Shown one piece after another: positions 46,845-57,195 of a DNA stretch of 60,158 bases. A program made the translations under genes and the position numbers. This DNA is from Clostridia bacterium (GTDB lineage Bacteria > Bacillota > Clostridia > UMGS1883 > UMGS1540): NCBI GenBank assembly GCA_045656005.1, contig JAZOQG010000083.1:1-60158 (forward strand), in the 5' to 3' direction. The stretch's first letter is position 1. Each line of letters opens with the position of its first letter. Below the pieces are notes generated by a model. That model had not been told where the DNA came from. It searched no databases and saw nothing but the letters and a program-made list of their open reading frames with translations.

Positions 46845-48284
46845 TTAATTCATTTTTTTGAAAATGCTTACTGCATCCTTAATGGTTTTTTCTTTTGCTT
46901 CTCTGCCGTAACTGTCAACCTGCGCTTTGTCGCGGGGACCGTGAGTAAGGCAACCAGCCCCTCCTATGCATCCCCCGCTACATGCCATACCTTCAATAAA
47001 GTTTGCATCAAGCACACTTTTGTTCTTTTTAAGTAGCGCAATTTTACACTCCTCTATTCCGTCACATGAAACTGCACGAAGCTCAAAATCATCAAGTCCC
47101 TGCTCTAAAAGCCCTTCTTTAACTGCGTCGGCAAGTCCGCCACATCTTGCAAAAATTCTGCCAAAATATGATGCGTTGTCAAGATGTCCTTCTGAAAGCT
47201 CTGTAATATCGATATCACGGCTGTCAAAAAGCGCCTGAAGCTCTTCAAACGTTATAACTGCATCTACAAAAGGACGAACCTCTTCCCTTTGTATTTCGGC
47301 TTTTTTGGCAGTACATGGACCTATAAATACTATTTTAGCACTTTTGTCAGTTTCTTTAATGTATTTTGAAATGGTAGCCATTGGCGAAAGATTATGAGAA
47401 ACAAATGAAAGCAAATCGGGAAAATTTTGTTCTATGTATTTTACAAACCCCGGGCAACACGAACTTGTTAAAAACCCTTTTTCCGCAAGCTCTCTTGACT
47501 CTGCTTCTGCAACCATATCAGCACCGAGTGCAGCTTCTACCACAGTGTGAAAACCAAGTTCTTTTATTCCTGTTATCACCTGACCGAGTTTTGCGTATGT
47601 AAACTGACTCGAAATTGTTGGTGCCACTACTGCATAAACCTTATATTTTTTGCCCTTTTCACTCTCTTTGATTATGTCAATGGCATCGAGGATAAAGGAT
47701 TTGTCCATAATTGCACCAAAAGGGCACTGGTAAACACACGCACCGCAGGCAATACATCTATCCTCATTTATTGCTGCCGCCATATCCTCATCCATGTCAA
47801 TGGCACCTACCTTGCACGCATTCTGGCAAGGACGAGTGTAATTTGTAATGGCATTATAGGGGCAAACCTTGGAACATGCTCCGCATTCACGGCACTTTGT
47901 TTTATCAATATGAGCTTTCTGATGCTCATCAAAACTTATAGCCCCAAAACGGCACACATCTTCACATCTGTGTGCAAGACACCCTCTGCAGGAATTTGTA
48001 ACCTCGTATCCGCCCATAGGACATTCATCGCAGGCAATTTTAATTACCTCAATGATATTTTTGTTTTCCTTATTGCCCCCCATAGCAAGTTTTACTCTTT
48101 TTGATACTATGGCACGCTCTTTGTAAACGCAACAACGCATGGTTGCCTCTTTTCCGGGAATTAACTTTTCAGGAATATCAGAAATACTCTCATAAAGTTT
48201 GCCTTCCCAGTAAAGCCTTGCAACCTCTCTTAAAACCTTATATTTAAGATGCTGAACTTTAGTGTCAAATTTTCTTGTTTTCAT
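46845..48284 (-). CDS. hfsD: Monomeric ferredoxin-type [FeFe]-hydrogenase (HfsD/group B-like)
   Basis: H-cluster motifs TSSCCPGF, GPCTAKKAE, EGMACSGGCIGG; several 4Fe-4S motifs. Confidence 0.85.
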   Translation of the reverse strand: MKTRKFDTKVQHLKYKVLREVARLYWEGKLYESISDIPEKLIPGKEATMRCCVYKERAIVSKRVKLAMGGNKENKNIIEVIKIACDECPMGGYEVTNSCRGCLAHRCEDVCRFGAISFDEHQKAHIDKTKCRECGACSKVCPYNAITNYTRPCQNACKVGAIDMDEDMAAAINEDRCIACGACVYQCPFGAIMDKSFILDAIDIIKESEKGKKYKVYAVVAPTISSQFTYAKLGQVITGIKELGFHTVVEAALGADMVAEAESRELAEKGFLTSSCCPGFVKYIEQNFPDLLSFVSHNLSPMATISKYIKETDKSAKIVFIGPCTAKKAEIQREEVRPFVDAVITFEELQALFDSRDIDITELSEGHLDNASYFGRIFARCGGLADAVKEGLLEQGLDDFELRAVSCDGIEECKIALLKKNKSVLDANFIEGMACSGGCIGGAGCLTHGPRDKAQVDSYGREAKEKTIKDAVSIFKKMN

Positions 48285-48285
48285 A

Positions 48286-49458
48286 TTAAAAATAACTCAC
48301 CTTAATTTTCTTTCCCATTTCACGTAAATACTGCGAAAGTTCTTCAACCAAATTCATTTTTATATTAAAGTTTATTGGCAAATCAGGGTTTTGATGAGCA
48401 GGATTTACTGCCCTTCCAACATAAAAATTAATATCCGTTGCTTCTTCAAACAAAAGTCTTGCAATCTGTGAAGCTCCGTCTCTCCCCATTTCCCATTTTT
48501 CATACATTTTGTTATCTGATACAAAATCCTTTGCATACTCCAGAACCCGGCTTACAGTTATAACACCTTCTGTAACCAAATCAACCCCGTCAATTTCTGC
48601 AATGGGCGGTATACCGGGTGTTTCAAATTTGAGTGTTGCACGAACTTCTTTTCCTAAATATTTTGCCGCAATGGAAGATGTTGTTCCGCCACAAACAATA
48701 TGCTTTCCTTCCTTTGAGAAGAAAAGAGCCATCATTTTATTGGCATCGTCTCTATTTGATGGAGGACCAAATAAAATGTTCACCGGAGAGCGTTTTCTTA
48801 TTCTTACAACGCAGGCGGTTGTATCATCCCCGGGCTTTCCTCCATATAGCTTGTTACATTCATCAGTAAGAATAGTAGCCAAAGTTTTTGCATTGTATCC
48901 TGCACATTCTATAGATTCCATAAACTCTGTTATTTCCTCTATCTTCCAACCAAAATTATATATCATTCCAATTCCTGCATGAGGGCATCCGTCACTCATG
49001 GCAACGAATAAATCGTTTTCCATAAGCTTTATTTTGGAACGCAAAATCTTTTTGTCCTCAATAATATACTCTTCTTTGGGATAATTTAAATTCTTTCCGT
49101 CGCGTATTAAAATAACGGGCGGATTATCAAACTGAATTATCTCTGCATATTCGTTGTCAACTATATGTATTATTGTAAACGTTGAATATGCCACACCCCT
49201 TACGGAACACACGGGAAGTGTAGCGGCAATGGTTGAAACGCAGTCCTCAACCGAAAGCCCTGCCGCCATCAAAGTTGAAATAATCTTTGAAGTAAGTGTT
49301 GATAAAATCCCTGCTTTAACCCCGCTTCCAAGTCCGTCTGCAAGCACTATTACCGAAGAATTATCGTTTTCAGATATTACATCTATATGGTCGCCGCAAA
49401 GCTCTTCTCCAAAATGGTTTAAGGAACGGTAACCAATATCTGCACACAAATCATTCAT
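48286..49458 (-). CDS. hfsC: SpoIIE/PP2C-type Ser/Thr phosphatase (HfsC-like)
   Basis: ELCGD, LADGLGSG, MSDG, GDDTT, VCGGTT, LVTEG. Confidence 0.88.
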   Translation of the reverse strand: MNDLCADIGYRSLNHFGEELCGDHIDVISENDNSSVIVLADGLGSGVKAGILSTLTSKIISTLMAAGLSVEDCVSTIAATLPVCSVRGVAYSTFTIIHIVDNEYAEIIQFDNPPVILIRDGKNLNYPKEEYIIEDKKILRSKIKLMENDLFVAMSDGCPHAGIGMIYNFGWKIEEITEFMESIECAGYNAKTLATILTDECNKLYGGKPGDDTTACVVRIRKRSPVNILFGPPSNRDDANKMMALFFSKEGKHIVCGGTTSSIAAKYLGKEVRATLKFETPGIPPIAEIDGVDLVTEGVITVSRVLEYAKDFVSDNKMYEKWEMGRDGASQIARLLFEEATDINFYVGRAVNPAHQNPDLPINFNIKMNLVEELSQYLREMGKKIKVSYF

Positions 49459-51136
49459 TCGAAATCGTCTCCTTAAGCTTTGTAAGTGCAATCTTTGTTT
49501 CCGCTGCCGTTTCACCGAGAAGAGACGCAATTTCCTGAACTATTCGCATCTGCTTTTCAACAACCTTGTCTGCAACCTCAATAGTTTCTGCACCGATTCT
49601 TTCTTTAAGTTCTTTTTCCTTTTCCTCTGCGGTAACATCCCTTAAAATGCATATAATAATGCGATATTCCTTGTCGGGAATAATTGTCTTTTCAACATAT
49701 TTATCATATTCTGCAAAATATGCTCTTTTGTTAACGGTTTTCTTTCCACCTTCAAGTGCATTTACAAAAGGAGCGGGGTCCATAATTCTTACAACAGGCT
49801 CGCCCATTACATCCGAAACCGCATTGACATTTAAAATCTTTCTTGCGGCACGATTTATAAGCTGAACCTCAAGTTGTTCGTTTACAACCACAATTCCGTT
49901 AGGAGTGTTGTTTACAATGTTATCGGAGAACACCTCTGCTTTATCCTTTAAAAACGGCAGACACATGGAAACTTCTGCCTTGCCATGATAAATTGCAATC
50001 GCTTTTTCTTTGCATGTGTCATAACCGCAGGAACCGCAGTTAAGCTCATCTTCGGGTTTTGTTTTTCCCATTGTTTTGAGAACCGCTCTTATTTCTTCCT
50101 CATTAGGAGTCTGGAGTCTTCTTTCGATAGGCTCAATCACCTTGTGAAGCTCGGCAAAATATGGCTGTGAAACTTCAAAATCTTCTTCTCCTGCATAATC
50201 GGAAACCGCCTTAAATTCACGCACGGGAGCGGAATTGAATTTTTCCATAATCGGTCCGCATATGCAGCTTCCGCTGCAAGCAGACATTTCTATAAAGCAT
50301 CCGTGTACTTTTCCGCTTTCTATATCACGAAGTGCTTCAATGCAGTTGTGAGTCCCGTCAATGGCCAGATATGTATACTGGGGAAGTCTTTCCTTCATTG
50401 TCTTTAAAATACCACCTGTAGTCGGGAAAAGTCTTGCACGGCTCTTCTCTGTCTTGTCAAGTCCTTTTTCGGGAACAATATTTTCTTCTTTAAACCAGTT
50501 TGAAAGCTCCTCAAAAGTCAAAACCGCATCAACAATTTCTCCATAATGGTCAGCCTCATCCTTTTTCGAAAGGCAGGGGCCTATGAATACTGTTTTAGCA
50601 TCAGGGTACTTTTTCTTAATCTCAATTGAATGTGCCTGCATGGGCGACATGGTGTTTGCAAGATAGGGTAAGACATTCGGAAAATACTTCTGAATAAGTA
50701 AATTTGCACTATGACAGCACGATGAAATCAAAATATCAGGCTTATCTTCACGAAGCATTCTTTCGTATTCGTTTTTAACTATTGTTGCACCAACTGCAGT
50801 CTCTTCTGCATCAAAAAAGCCAAGTTTTTTAAGAGCCGCTTTCATGCTTTCAATGCCGACATCTTCATAATTTGCAACAAATGAAGGTGCCAGGGATGCA
50901 ATAACCCGCTCTCCGCTCGCAAGCATTACCTTAACCTTTTCTCTCTGGTCTGTAATTTCTTTTGCATTTTGCGGACAAACAACAAAGCATTGTCCGCACA
51001 AAATACATTCATTTCCTATAATATGCGCCTGATTACCTGAAAATCTAATGGCTTTAACAGGGCAATGACGTATGCATTTATAACAGTTCCGGCAGTTAGA
51101 TTTTTTAAGTTTCAGCCATTCTGCCACGCCGTTCAC
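49451..51136 (-). CDS. hfsB: Sensory [FeFe]-hydrogenase with FeS and PAS domains (HfsB/HydS, group C)
   Basis: SSCCHS, GPCLSKKDE, EMSACSGSC, LNCGSCGYDTC, PAS (NTPNGIVVVN), KQMRIVQEIASLLGET. Confidence 0.88.
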   Translation of the reverse strand: MNGVAEWLKLKKSNCRNCYKCIRHCPVKAIRFSGNQAHIIGNECILCGQCFVVCPQNAKEITDQREKVKVMLASGERVIASLAPSFVANYEDVGIESMKAALKKLGFFDAEETAVGATIVKNEYERMLREDKPDILISSCCHSANLLIQKYFPNVLPYLANTMSPMQAHSIEIKKKYPDAKTVFIGPCLSKKDEADHYGEIVDAVLTFEELSNWFKEENIVPEKGLDKTEKSRARLFPTTGGILKTMKERLPQYTYLAIDGTHNCIEALRDIESGKVHGCFIEMSACSGSCICGPIMEKFNSAPVREFKAVSDYAGEEDFEVSQPYFAELHKVIEPIERRLQTPNEEEIRAVLKTMGKTKPEDELNCGSCGYDTCKEKAIAIYHGKAEVSMCLPFLKDKAEVFSDNIVNNTPNGIVVVNEQLEVQLINRAARKILNVNAVSDVMGEPVVRIMDPAPFVNALEGGKKTVNKRAYFAEYDKYVEKTIIPDKEYRIIICILRDVTAEEKEKELKERIGAETIEVADKVVEKQMRIVQEIASLLGETAAETKIALTKLKETISNE

Positions 51137-51393
51137 TCTCCTCTATTTATACGCTTTAAAACATTTTCAAAGAAAAATGTATCAAAATTTCCTATTGTAA
51201 CACCTGTAAAAATTTCGTCGTCAATCTGAACAGTTACGCCCTCTCTATTGCATTTTCCAATACAAAAACTTCCCGTAAGTGTAACTTCATCCTCTATTTT
51301 ATTCTCGTCAATGGCTTTTTTAAAAGCCTCAACAATTTCATAAGATCCCTTAAGATGGCAAGAACTTCCTATACACACCTGGATTATCAGCAA
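51133..51393 (-). CDS. hfsA: Thioredoxin-like [2Fe-2S] ferredoxin (HfsA-like)
   Basis: VCIGSSCHLKG, FCIGKC; AGGAGG RBS. Confidence 0.85.
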   Translation of the reverse strand: MLIIQVCIGSSCHLKGSYEIVEAFKKAIDENKIEDEVTLTGSFCIGKCNREGVTVQIDDEIFTGVTIGNFDTFFFENVLKRINRGE

Positions 51394-51424
51394 ACCTAGC
51401 TCCTCCTATCATACATATAAGAGT

Positions 51425-51450
51425 AGGGTTGTGAAAAAACACACAACCCT
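51425..51450. promoter_or_regulatory. Inverted repeat containing a Rex-like box between hyd and hfs genes
   Basis: AGGGTTGTG-aaaaaaca-CACAACCCT; inner 18-mer TTGTGAA-AAAA-CACACAA at 51429-51446. Confidence 0.45.
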
Positions 51451-51460
51451 CTTTATACTT

Positions 51461-51709
51461 TTATTTTACCGCCGCAAGAATTTTTTCTTTGAAAAATGTT
51501 CTCGCTTCATCAGGCGAAATTCTGTACTTATCCTTATCAATCATAACAGATACACCTGCCGCTGTACACTCTCTCATGCAAAAAGATGCCGCAAGCTCAA
51601 CTTTATCATGAAGAGAATATTCCTCCATCAGATGCTGAAAGGTTGCCACAACGTTGTGTGCCCCTCTCACATGACATGCGCTACCGATACAAACACTCAG
51701 TTTAATCAT
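51461..51709 (-). CDS. Thioredoxin-like [2Fe-2S] ferredoxin (second copy)
   Basis: VCIGSACHVRG, FCMREC. Confidence 0.82.
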   Translation of the reverse strand: MIKLSVCIGSACHVRGAHNVVATFQHLMEEYSLHDKVELAASFCMRECTAAGVSVMIDKDKYRISPDEARTFFKEKILAAVK

Positions 51710-51712
51710 ATC

Positions 51713-53410
51713 TTATTCCTCCGAATTTTTTGCATAATCAACATGCAAAAGTTTGTGTACCTTACCTTTAATTATATCTTTATAAAGTGTATTAACAATC
51801 GGATTTTCCTCTGCTCTTCTGATGCTTAAAAGTCTGTCTGATTTATAAAGTCCTGCACCTCTTGCTTCTTTTTCCTGGTGCATTGCAAATGGCTGACCGC
51901 CACCGTTTATACATCCGCCGGGGCATGCCATAACTTCGATAAAGTCAATCTTTTCCCCATCTTTTACTCTCTTGAGAACAGTTTCGGCATTTGCAAGTCC
52001 GCTTACAACTGCAATGTGAAGTTCTCTTTCTCCATACATGAGTTTAAACTCTTTAATTCCGTCCATTCCGCGCTGACCGCATGATGCAACGCTCAAAAGT
52101 CCGCTTCTTGTTTTATTTGATGCAACTCTTCGAAGTACTGCCTCTGTAACACCGCCTGTTACACCAAATATTACACCTGCACCTGAAACCGTACCAAATG
52201 GCATGTCAACTGCCTCAGGCTCTAAAGTATCAAACATGATACCTGCCTCTTTAATCATGGAAATAAGTTCCTGAGTTGTAATTACTGCATCAACATTAGG
52301 CTGATTTTCAGTTTTAAATTCATCTCTTGCCGCCTCAAACTTTTTAGCAGTACATGGCATTACTGCAACATGGAACATCTTTCTTTCGGATTTGATGTTC
52401 TGGTCTTTAAGTATTGCTGCCATCATCTGCATAGGTGAACGACAGGTTGAAACGTTTGAAATAAATTCGGGATGTTTTTTCTCGCAATACTGAATCCAGC
52501 CTGGGCAACATGATGTAATAAGCGGAAGATTTTCATTTTCTTCAAGTTTTTTAAGGAACTCTTCACTTTCTTCCAAAACTGTAAGGTCAGCACCTAATGA
52601 TGTATCATAAATTTCATCAAATCCCATGCGGTGAAGTGCAGCAACAATTTTACCCATAACATCGTCACCGTCGCGTACGCCAAGCTCTTTGCCGAGCGCA
52701 ACTCTTACCGCGGGAGCTACCTGAACAGTTGTTTTGATTTCAGGGTCGCTTATTGCTTCCCAAACGGGTTTTATATTGTTTTTAACAACAATGGCACCTG
52801 TAGGACAAACTGCAACGCACTGTCCGCAGCCAACACATGGAGACTCAGAAAGTGGCTTTCCGAAAGCTGTGCTTATTGTCATATTTGAACCACGATATGC
52901 AAAATCAATTGCACCGACGTTTTGAATTTCGTTACACATTCTTACGCAGTCACCGCAAAGAATACATTTTCCTGCATCTCTTGTGATGCAAACAGACGAA
53001 GTATCATCATCCTTTGTAGAAACAGCGTTATTCGGGAAACGAACACCTTCAATGTTAAATCTCATTGCCAAATCCTGCAACTTACATTTTGCGTTGTTTT
53101 CGCATGTTGTACAGTCGCGGCAGTGGTTAGCCAAAAGAAGCTCTAAAATATTTTTTCTGTATCTTCTGAGGCGCTCTGTGTTTGTTTTAATGTTCATTCC
53201 TGCTCTCGGAGGTGTTGAACATGCAGCATCAAGTCCACCCCATTCGTTTTCAACCATACACATACGACATGCACCATAAACAGAAAGCTCTGAATGATAG
53301 CAAAATGTAGGTAACTTGATACCTGTTTTATTTATAAGTTCAAGAAGGTTTTTCTCTCCGTTTATGGGGACGGGAATACCATCAATAGTTAAGTACTTTT
53401 TCTCTTCCAT
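51713..53410 (-). CDS. hydA: Bifurcating [FeFe]-hydrogenase catalytic subunit (group A3)
   Basis: PTFCYH, GACRMC, HCRDCTTC, TSCCPGW, MPCTAKKFE, EVMACPGGCINGGGQP. Confidence 0.93.
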   Translation of the reverse strand: MEEKKYLTIDGIPVPINGEKNLLELINKTGIKLPTFCYHSELSVYGACRMCMVENEWGGLDAACSTPPRAGMNIKTNTERLRRYRKNILELLLANHCRDCTTCENNAKCKLQDLAMRFNIEGVRFPNNAVSTKDDDTSSVCITRDAGKCILCGDCVRMCNEIQNVGAIDFAYRGSNMTISTAFGKPLSESPCVGCGQCVAVCPTGAIVVKNNIKPVWEAISDPEIKTTVQVAPAVRVALGKELGVRDGDDVMGKIVAALHRMGFDEIYDTSLGADLTVLEESEEFLKKLEENENLPLITSCCPGWIQYCEKKHPEFISNVSTCRSPMQMMAAILKDQNIKSERKMFHVAVMPCTAKKFEAARDEFKTENQPNVDAVITTQELISMIKEAGIMFDTLEPEAVDMPFGTVSGAGVIFGVTGGVTEAVLRRVASNKTRSGLLSVASCGQRGMDGIKEFKLMYGERELHIAVVSGLANAETVLKRVKDGEKIDFIEVMACPGGCINGGGQPFAMHQEKEARGAGLYKSDRLLSIRRAEENPIVNTLYKDIIKGKVHKLLHVDYAKNSEE

Positions 53411-53415
53411 TTATC

Positions 53416-55290
53416 TTACGCCTCCTTTATAGCTTTGAATGCACACGCATCGATACAGCTTCCGCAACGGATACATTTTGAAAGGTCAATGGTAAAAGGT
53501 TCTTTAATCTTGCCTTCAATAGCATCAACAGGACACTGACGTGCACATTTTGAACATCCCTTACAAAGCTCGGGGTCAATCACAATTCTCTTAAGTTTCT
53601 GGCACTCACCTGCAGGACAACGTTTTTCGTAAATATGAGCTTCATATTCGTCACGGAAATTCTTAATTGTACTTACAACAGGAGAAGGAGCGCTCTTTCC
53701 AAGTCCGCAAAGTGCGGTAGCGGAAATTGTGTCAGCAAGCTCTAAAAGGAGTTCAATATCACCATCGCGGCCTTCGCCTGCAACAATTCTTTCAAGAATC
53801 TGGAGCATTCTCTTTGTACCCTCACGGCAGGGAACGCATTTTCCACAACTTTCGTTTTGGGTAAAGTTCATGAAAAATCTAGCAACCTCAACCATACATG
53901 TGTTTGAATCCATAACAACAAGACCGCCTGAACCTATCATAGCGCCAACCTTCTTGAGTGTATCAAAATCAAGAGGAAGATCAAGATGTTCTTTTGTAAG
54001 ACATGCACCGGAAGGTCCGCCAATCTGAACGGCTTTAAATTCGCCGTCACCTTTCATACCTCCGCCGATGTCAAATATAATCTCACGAAGTGTTGTTCCC
54101 ATGGGAACTTCGATAAGGCCTGTGTTTGCAATGTTACCTGTAAGTGCAAACGCTTTTGTACCGGAGCTTGTTTCTGTTCCGAGGGAAAGATACCAGTCAG
54201 CACCTTTGTTTATAATCTGTGCAACGTTTGCATATGTTTCAACGTTATTTAAAACAGTGGGACAGTCAAAAAGACCATGCTCCGTTGTACGTGGAGGTTT
54301 AACTCTCGGGAAACCTCTTTTACCTTCAATAGAAGCCGTAAGAGCACTACCTTCACCACATACGAATGCACCTGCACCACGGCTGATGTGCATTTTAAAC
54401 GAGAAGCTTGTTCCTAAAATATTGTCGCCTAAAAGACCAAGCTCTTCTGCCTGATGGATAGCATTTTTAAGTCTGTCAACCGCAAGTGGGTATTCCGCAC
54501 GAACATATATGTACCCCTCACTTGCACCGCAGGCAACGCCTGCAATCATCATGCCTTCAAGCATTCTGTGAGGGTCACCTTCCATGATGCTTCTGTCCAT
54601 AAATGCACCCGGGTCACCTTCGTCACCGTTACAAACAACGTATTTCTGCTCGGCTTTTTGTCTTTTAACCTGCTCCCATTTTCTACCTGCAGGGAAACCG
54701 CCGCCTCCGCGTCCGCGAAGGTTTGACTTGCTGATTTCATTTACTATATCATCAGCAGACATATCAAAAAGTGCTTTTTCAAATGCTGAATATCCGCCGA
54801 TAGCAATATACTCACGGATTGAATCCGCATCAATTTTTCCGCAGTGTTCCAAAACAACACGTGTCTGTTGCTTGTAGAAAGGAATTTCTTCCTGTTTTTT
54901 GTAGGAAACACCATCTTTTTTGCATGCAAGGCGTTCAATGTGCTCACCACGCATAACTGTTTTTTCTATAATTTCTTCGCAGTCTTCAACCTTTACTTTT
55001 GTGTAAAGCCAACCCTGTGGGTCAATACGAAGAAGCGGGCCCATTTCGCAAAAACCATGGCAACCGCTCTTTTTGAGACCAACACTCTCGTCATGAGGGT
55101 CAACCTCAAGCTCAACTGCAATCGCTATACCCTTTTCAGCGGCAATTTCTAAAAGTCTGTCATAAATTTTAAGTGAACCACCTGCAACACAGCCCGTTCC
55201 TGCACAAACAATTATTTTTTCAGCCTGAAGTTCGTAAGATTTCTGTACCTCGGCACGCAAAGCCAAAAGCTCTTCTCTGTTTTTAAGCAT
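53416..55290 (-). CDS. hydB: Bifurcating hydrogenase NuoF-like FMN/NADH subunit
   Basis: LRGRGGGGFP, CNGDEGDPGAFMDR, GAGAFVCGE, ESCGKCVPCREG, C-terminal 2x4Fe-4S. Confidence 0.93.
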   Translation of the reverse strand: MLKNREELLALRAEVQKSYELQAEKIIVCAGTGCVAGGSLKIYDRLLEIAAEKGIAIAVELEVDPHDESVGLKKSGCHGFCEMGPLLRIDPQGWLYTKVKVEDCEEIIEKTVMRGEHIERLACKKDGVSYKKQEEIPFYKQQTRVVLEHCGKIDADSIREYIAIGGYSAFEKALFDMSADDIVNEISKSNLRGRGGGGFPAGRKWEQVKRQKAEQKYVVCNGDEGDPGAFMDRSIMEGDPHRMLEGMMIAGVACGASEGYIYVRAEYPLAVDRLKNAIHQAEELGLLGDNILGTSFSFKMHISRGAGAFVCGEGSALTASIEGKRGFPRVKPPRTTEHGLFDCPTVLNNVETYANVAQIINKGADWYLSLGTETSSGTKAFALTGNIANTGLIEVPMGTTLREIIFDIGGGMKGDGEFKAVQIGGPSGACLTKEHLDLPLDFDTLKKVGAMIGSGGLVVMDSNTCMVEVARFFMNFTQNESCGKCVPCREGTKRMLQILERIVAGEGRDGDIELLLELADTISATALCGLGKSAPSPVVSTIKNFRDEYEAHIYEKRCPAGECQKLKRIVIDPELCKGCSKCARQCPVDAIEGKIKEPFTIDLSKCIRCGSCIDACAFKAIKEA

Positions 55291-55768
55291 TCTCAATTTC
55301 CTCCTTAAGTGATTTCAAAAGCTCGGAAGCCTTGTCCGGAGTCATTGCAGAATGCACAACATCATTAACTGTGAGAACAGGTGCAAGTCCGCATGCACCA
55401 AGGCACGAAACTGTTTCAACTGTAAAGTTTAAGTCGTCTGTGGTTTTTTTGCTTTCAGAAAGTCCGAGTTCTTTGCGAAGTCTTTCCAAAATTGGAATTG
55501 AACGACGAACGTGACATGCAGTACCGTCGCAAATTTTAATTACATATTTACCCTTTGGCTCGAGTGAAAAGTTTTCATAAAAAGTTGCAACGCTGAAGAT
55601 GCGTGCTTCAGGCACATTAAGTTCTTTCGCAAGATATGGAAAAATCTCACGCGGTAAATAGTGATAATGCTCCTGAATTTCCTGCAATATTGCAATTATA
55701 GCCTGAGGACTTTTCTCATGGTCCGAAGCTATTTTGTCAACAATCGTAAAATCAAATTGTTCGTTCAT
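55283..55768 (-). CDS. hydC: Bifurcating hydrogenase NuoE-like 2Fe-2S subunit
   Basis: VATFY, ICDGTACH, SCLGACGLAP. Confidence 0.92.
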   Translation of the reverse strand: MNEQFDFTIVDKIASDHEKSPQAIIAILQEIQEHYHYLPREIFPYLAKELNVPEARIFSVATFYENFSLEPKGKYVIKICDGTACHVRRSIPILERLRKELGLSESKKTTDDLNFTVETVSCLGACGLAPVLTVNDVVHSAMTPDKASELLKSLKEEIENA

Positions 55769-55784
55769 CGCTTTTCTCCTTTGT

Positions 55785-57194
55785 TTATCTTAATTTTAGA
55801 TATTCGTCAATAGCCCTTGCCGCAGTTTTTCCTGCACCCATTGCAGAAATAACAGTTGCAGCACCTGTAACCGCATCTCCGCCCGCATAAACTGCATCTC
55901 TTGAAGTAAGACCGTCTTCGTTTACAATAATTCCGCCACGTTTATTTACCTCAAGACCTTTTGTTGTGTCTTTTATAAGTGGGTTTGGCGAAGTTCCGAT
56001 TGACATTATAACTGTGTCAACAGGTATTTCGTATTCAGAACCGGGAATTTCAACGGGACGTCTTCTTCCCTTCTCGTCTGGCTCTCCGAGTTCCATTTTT
56101 ATAACACGCATGCCTGTAACAAATCCGTTTTTGGGGTCTCTTGGGTCATCAGGATTTTGATAACCGAGAATTTCAACAGGGTTTGTAAGAAGCTGAAAAT
56201 CAATTCCTTCTTCCTCAGCATGTTCAACTTCTTCCGCTCTTGCAGGAAGTTCCTCCATTGAACGGCGATATACTATATAAACCTTTTCTGCACCGAGACG
56301 AAGTGCTGTTCTTGCAGCATCCATTGCAACGTTTCCGCCGCCTACAACTGCTACATGACCGCCCTTCATAATAGGTGTGTCACTATCATCTCTATATGCT
56401 TTCATAAGGTTGCTTCTTGTCAAAAATTCATTTGCGGAATAAACACCTTTAAGTGATTCTCCCGGGATTCCCATAAAGCTTGGAAGTCCTGCACCCGAGC
56501 CTACAAACACAGCCTCAAAGCCCATATCAAAAAGCTCGTCAATTGTAAGTGTTTTTCCTATAATAACATTTGGAACCACCTCAACACCAAGTGCTTTTAA
56601 TGTGTCAACCTCTTTTGCTACAATTGACTTTGGAAGACGAAATTCAGGAATTCCGTAAACCAATACACCGCCTGCTGTGTGAAGTGCTTCGTAAACTGTA
56701 ACCTCGTAACCGCGTTTAGCAAGGTCTCCGGCGCATGTAAGACCTGAAGGACCGCTTCCTACAACTGCAACTCTATGACCGTTTGATTTTGGTCTTTCGG
56801 GAGCTTCTTTTGAATTTTCGTTGTGCCAGTCAGCTACAAAACGTTCAAGTCTGCCGATTCCGACAGGCTCAAATTTTATGCCTAAAGTACATTTGCTTTC
56901 GCACTGTGTTTCCTGCGGACAAACTCTTCCGCAAACCGCGGGAAGTGAAGAGGACTTTGAAATTGACTGATAAGCCCCTTCAAAATCTCCGTTTTTAATA
57001 TGAGTAATAAAGTCAGGAATATCAATATTTACAGGGCAACCCGCAACGCATGGTTGATTTTTGCAATTGAGGCATCTTTCCGCTTCACCAACTGCCATTT
57101 CCTGCGTATAACCGAGCGCAACCTCGCTGAAATTTCTGCTTCTGACATCAGGTGCCTGTGTGGGCATTTCGCATTTTTTAGGATTTATCGCCAT
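55785..57194 (-). CDS. nfnB: NfnB large subunit of NADH-dependent reduced ferredoxin:NADP+ oxidoreductase (GltD/SudA-like)
   Basis: EAERCLNC, CGRVCPQE.QCE, GSGPSG, YGIPEFRLPK, GGGNVAMD, YRRS, GGDAVTG; paired with nfnA. Confidence 0.88.
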   Translation of the reverse strand: MAINPKKCEMPTQAPDVRSRNFSEVALGYTQEMAVGEAERCLNCKNQPCVAGCPVNIDIPDFITHIKNGDFEGAYQSISKSSSLPAVCGRVCPQETQCESKCTLGIKFEPVGIGRLERFVADWHNENSKEAPERPKSNGHRVAVVGSGPSGLTCAGDLAKRGYEVTVYEALHTAGGVLVYGIPEFRLPKSIVAKEVDTLKALGVEVVPNVIIGKTLTIDELFDMGFEAVFVGSGAGLPSFMGIPGESLKGVYSANEFLTRSNLMKAYRDDSDTPIMKGGHVAVVGGGNVAMDAARTALRLGAEKVYIVYRRSMEELPARAEEVEHAEEEGIDFQLLTNPVEILGYQNPDDPRDPKNGFVTGMRVIKMELGEPDEKGRRRPVEIPGSEYEIPVDTVIMSIGTSPNPLIKDTTKGLEVNKRGGIIVNEDGLTSRDAVYAGGDAVTGAATVISAMGAGKTAARAIDEYLKLR

Positions 57195-57195
57195 A

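Noticed and set aside
53416-55768. Respiratory complex I (nuoEF)
   Set aside because: Adjacent to an H-cluster hydrogenase with no membrane nuo genes; these are HydB/HydC.
55785-57194. Glutamate synthase small subunit (gltD/gltA)
   Set aside because: No large subunit nearby; the pairing with a SudB/NfnA gene indicates NfnB.
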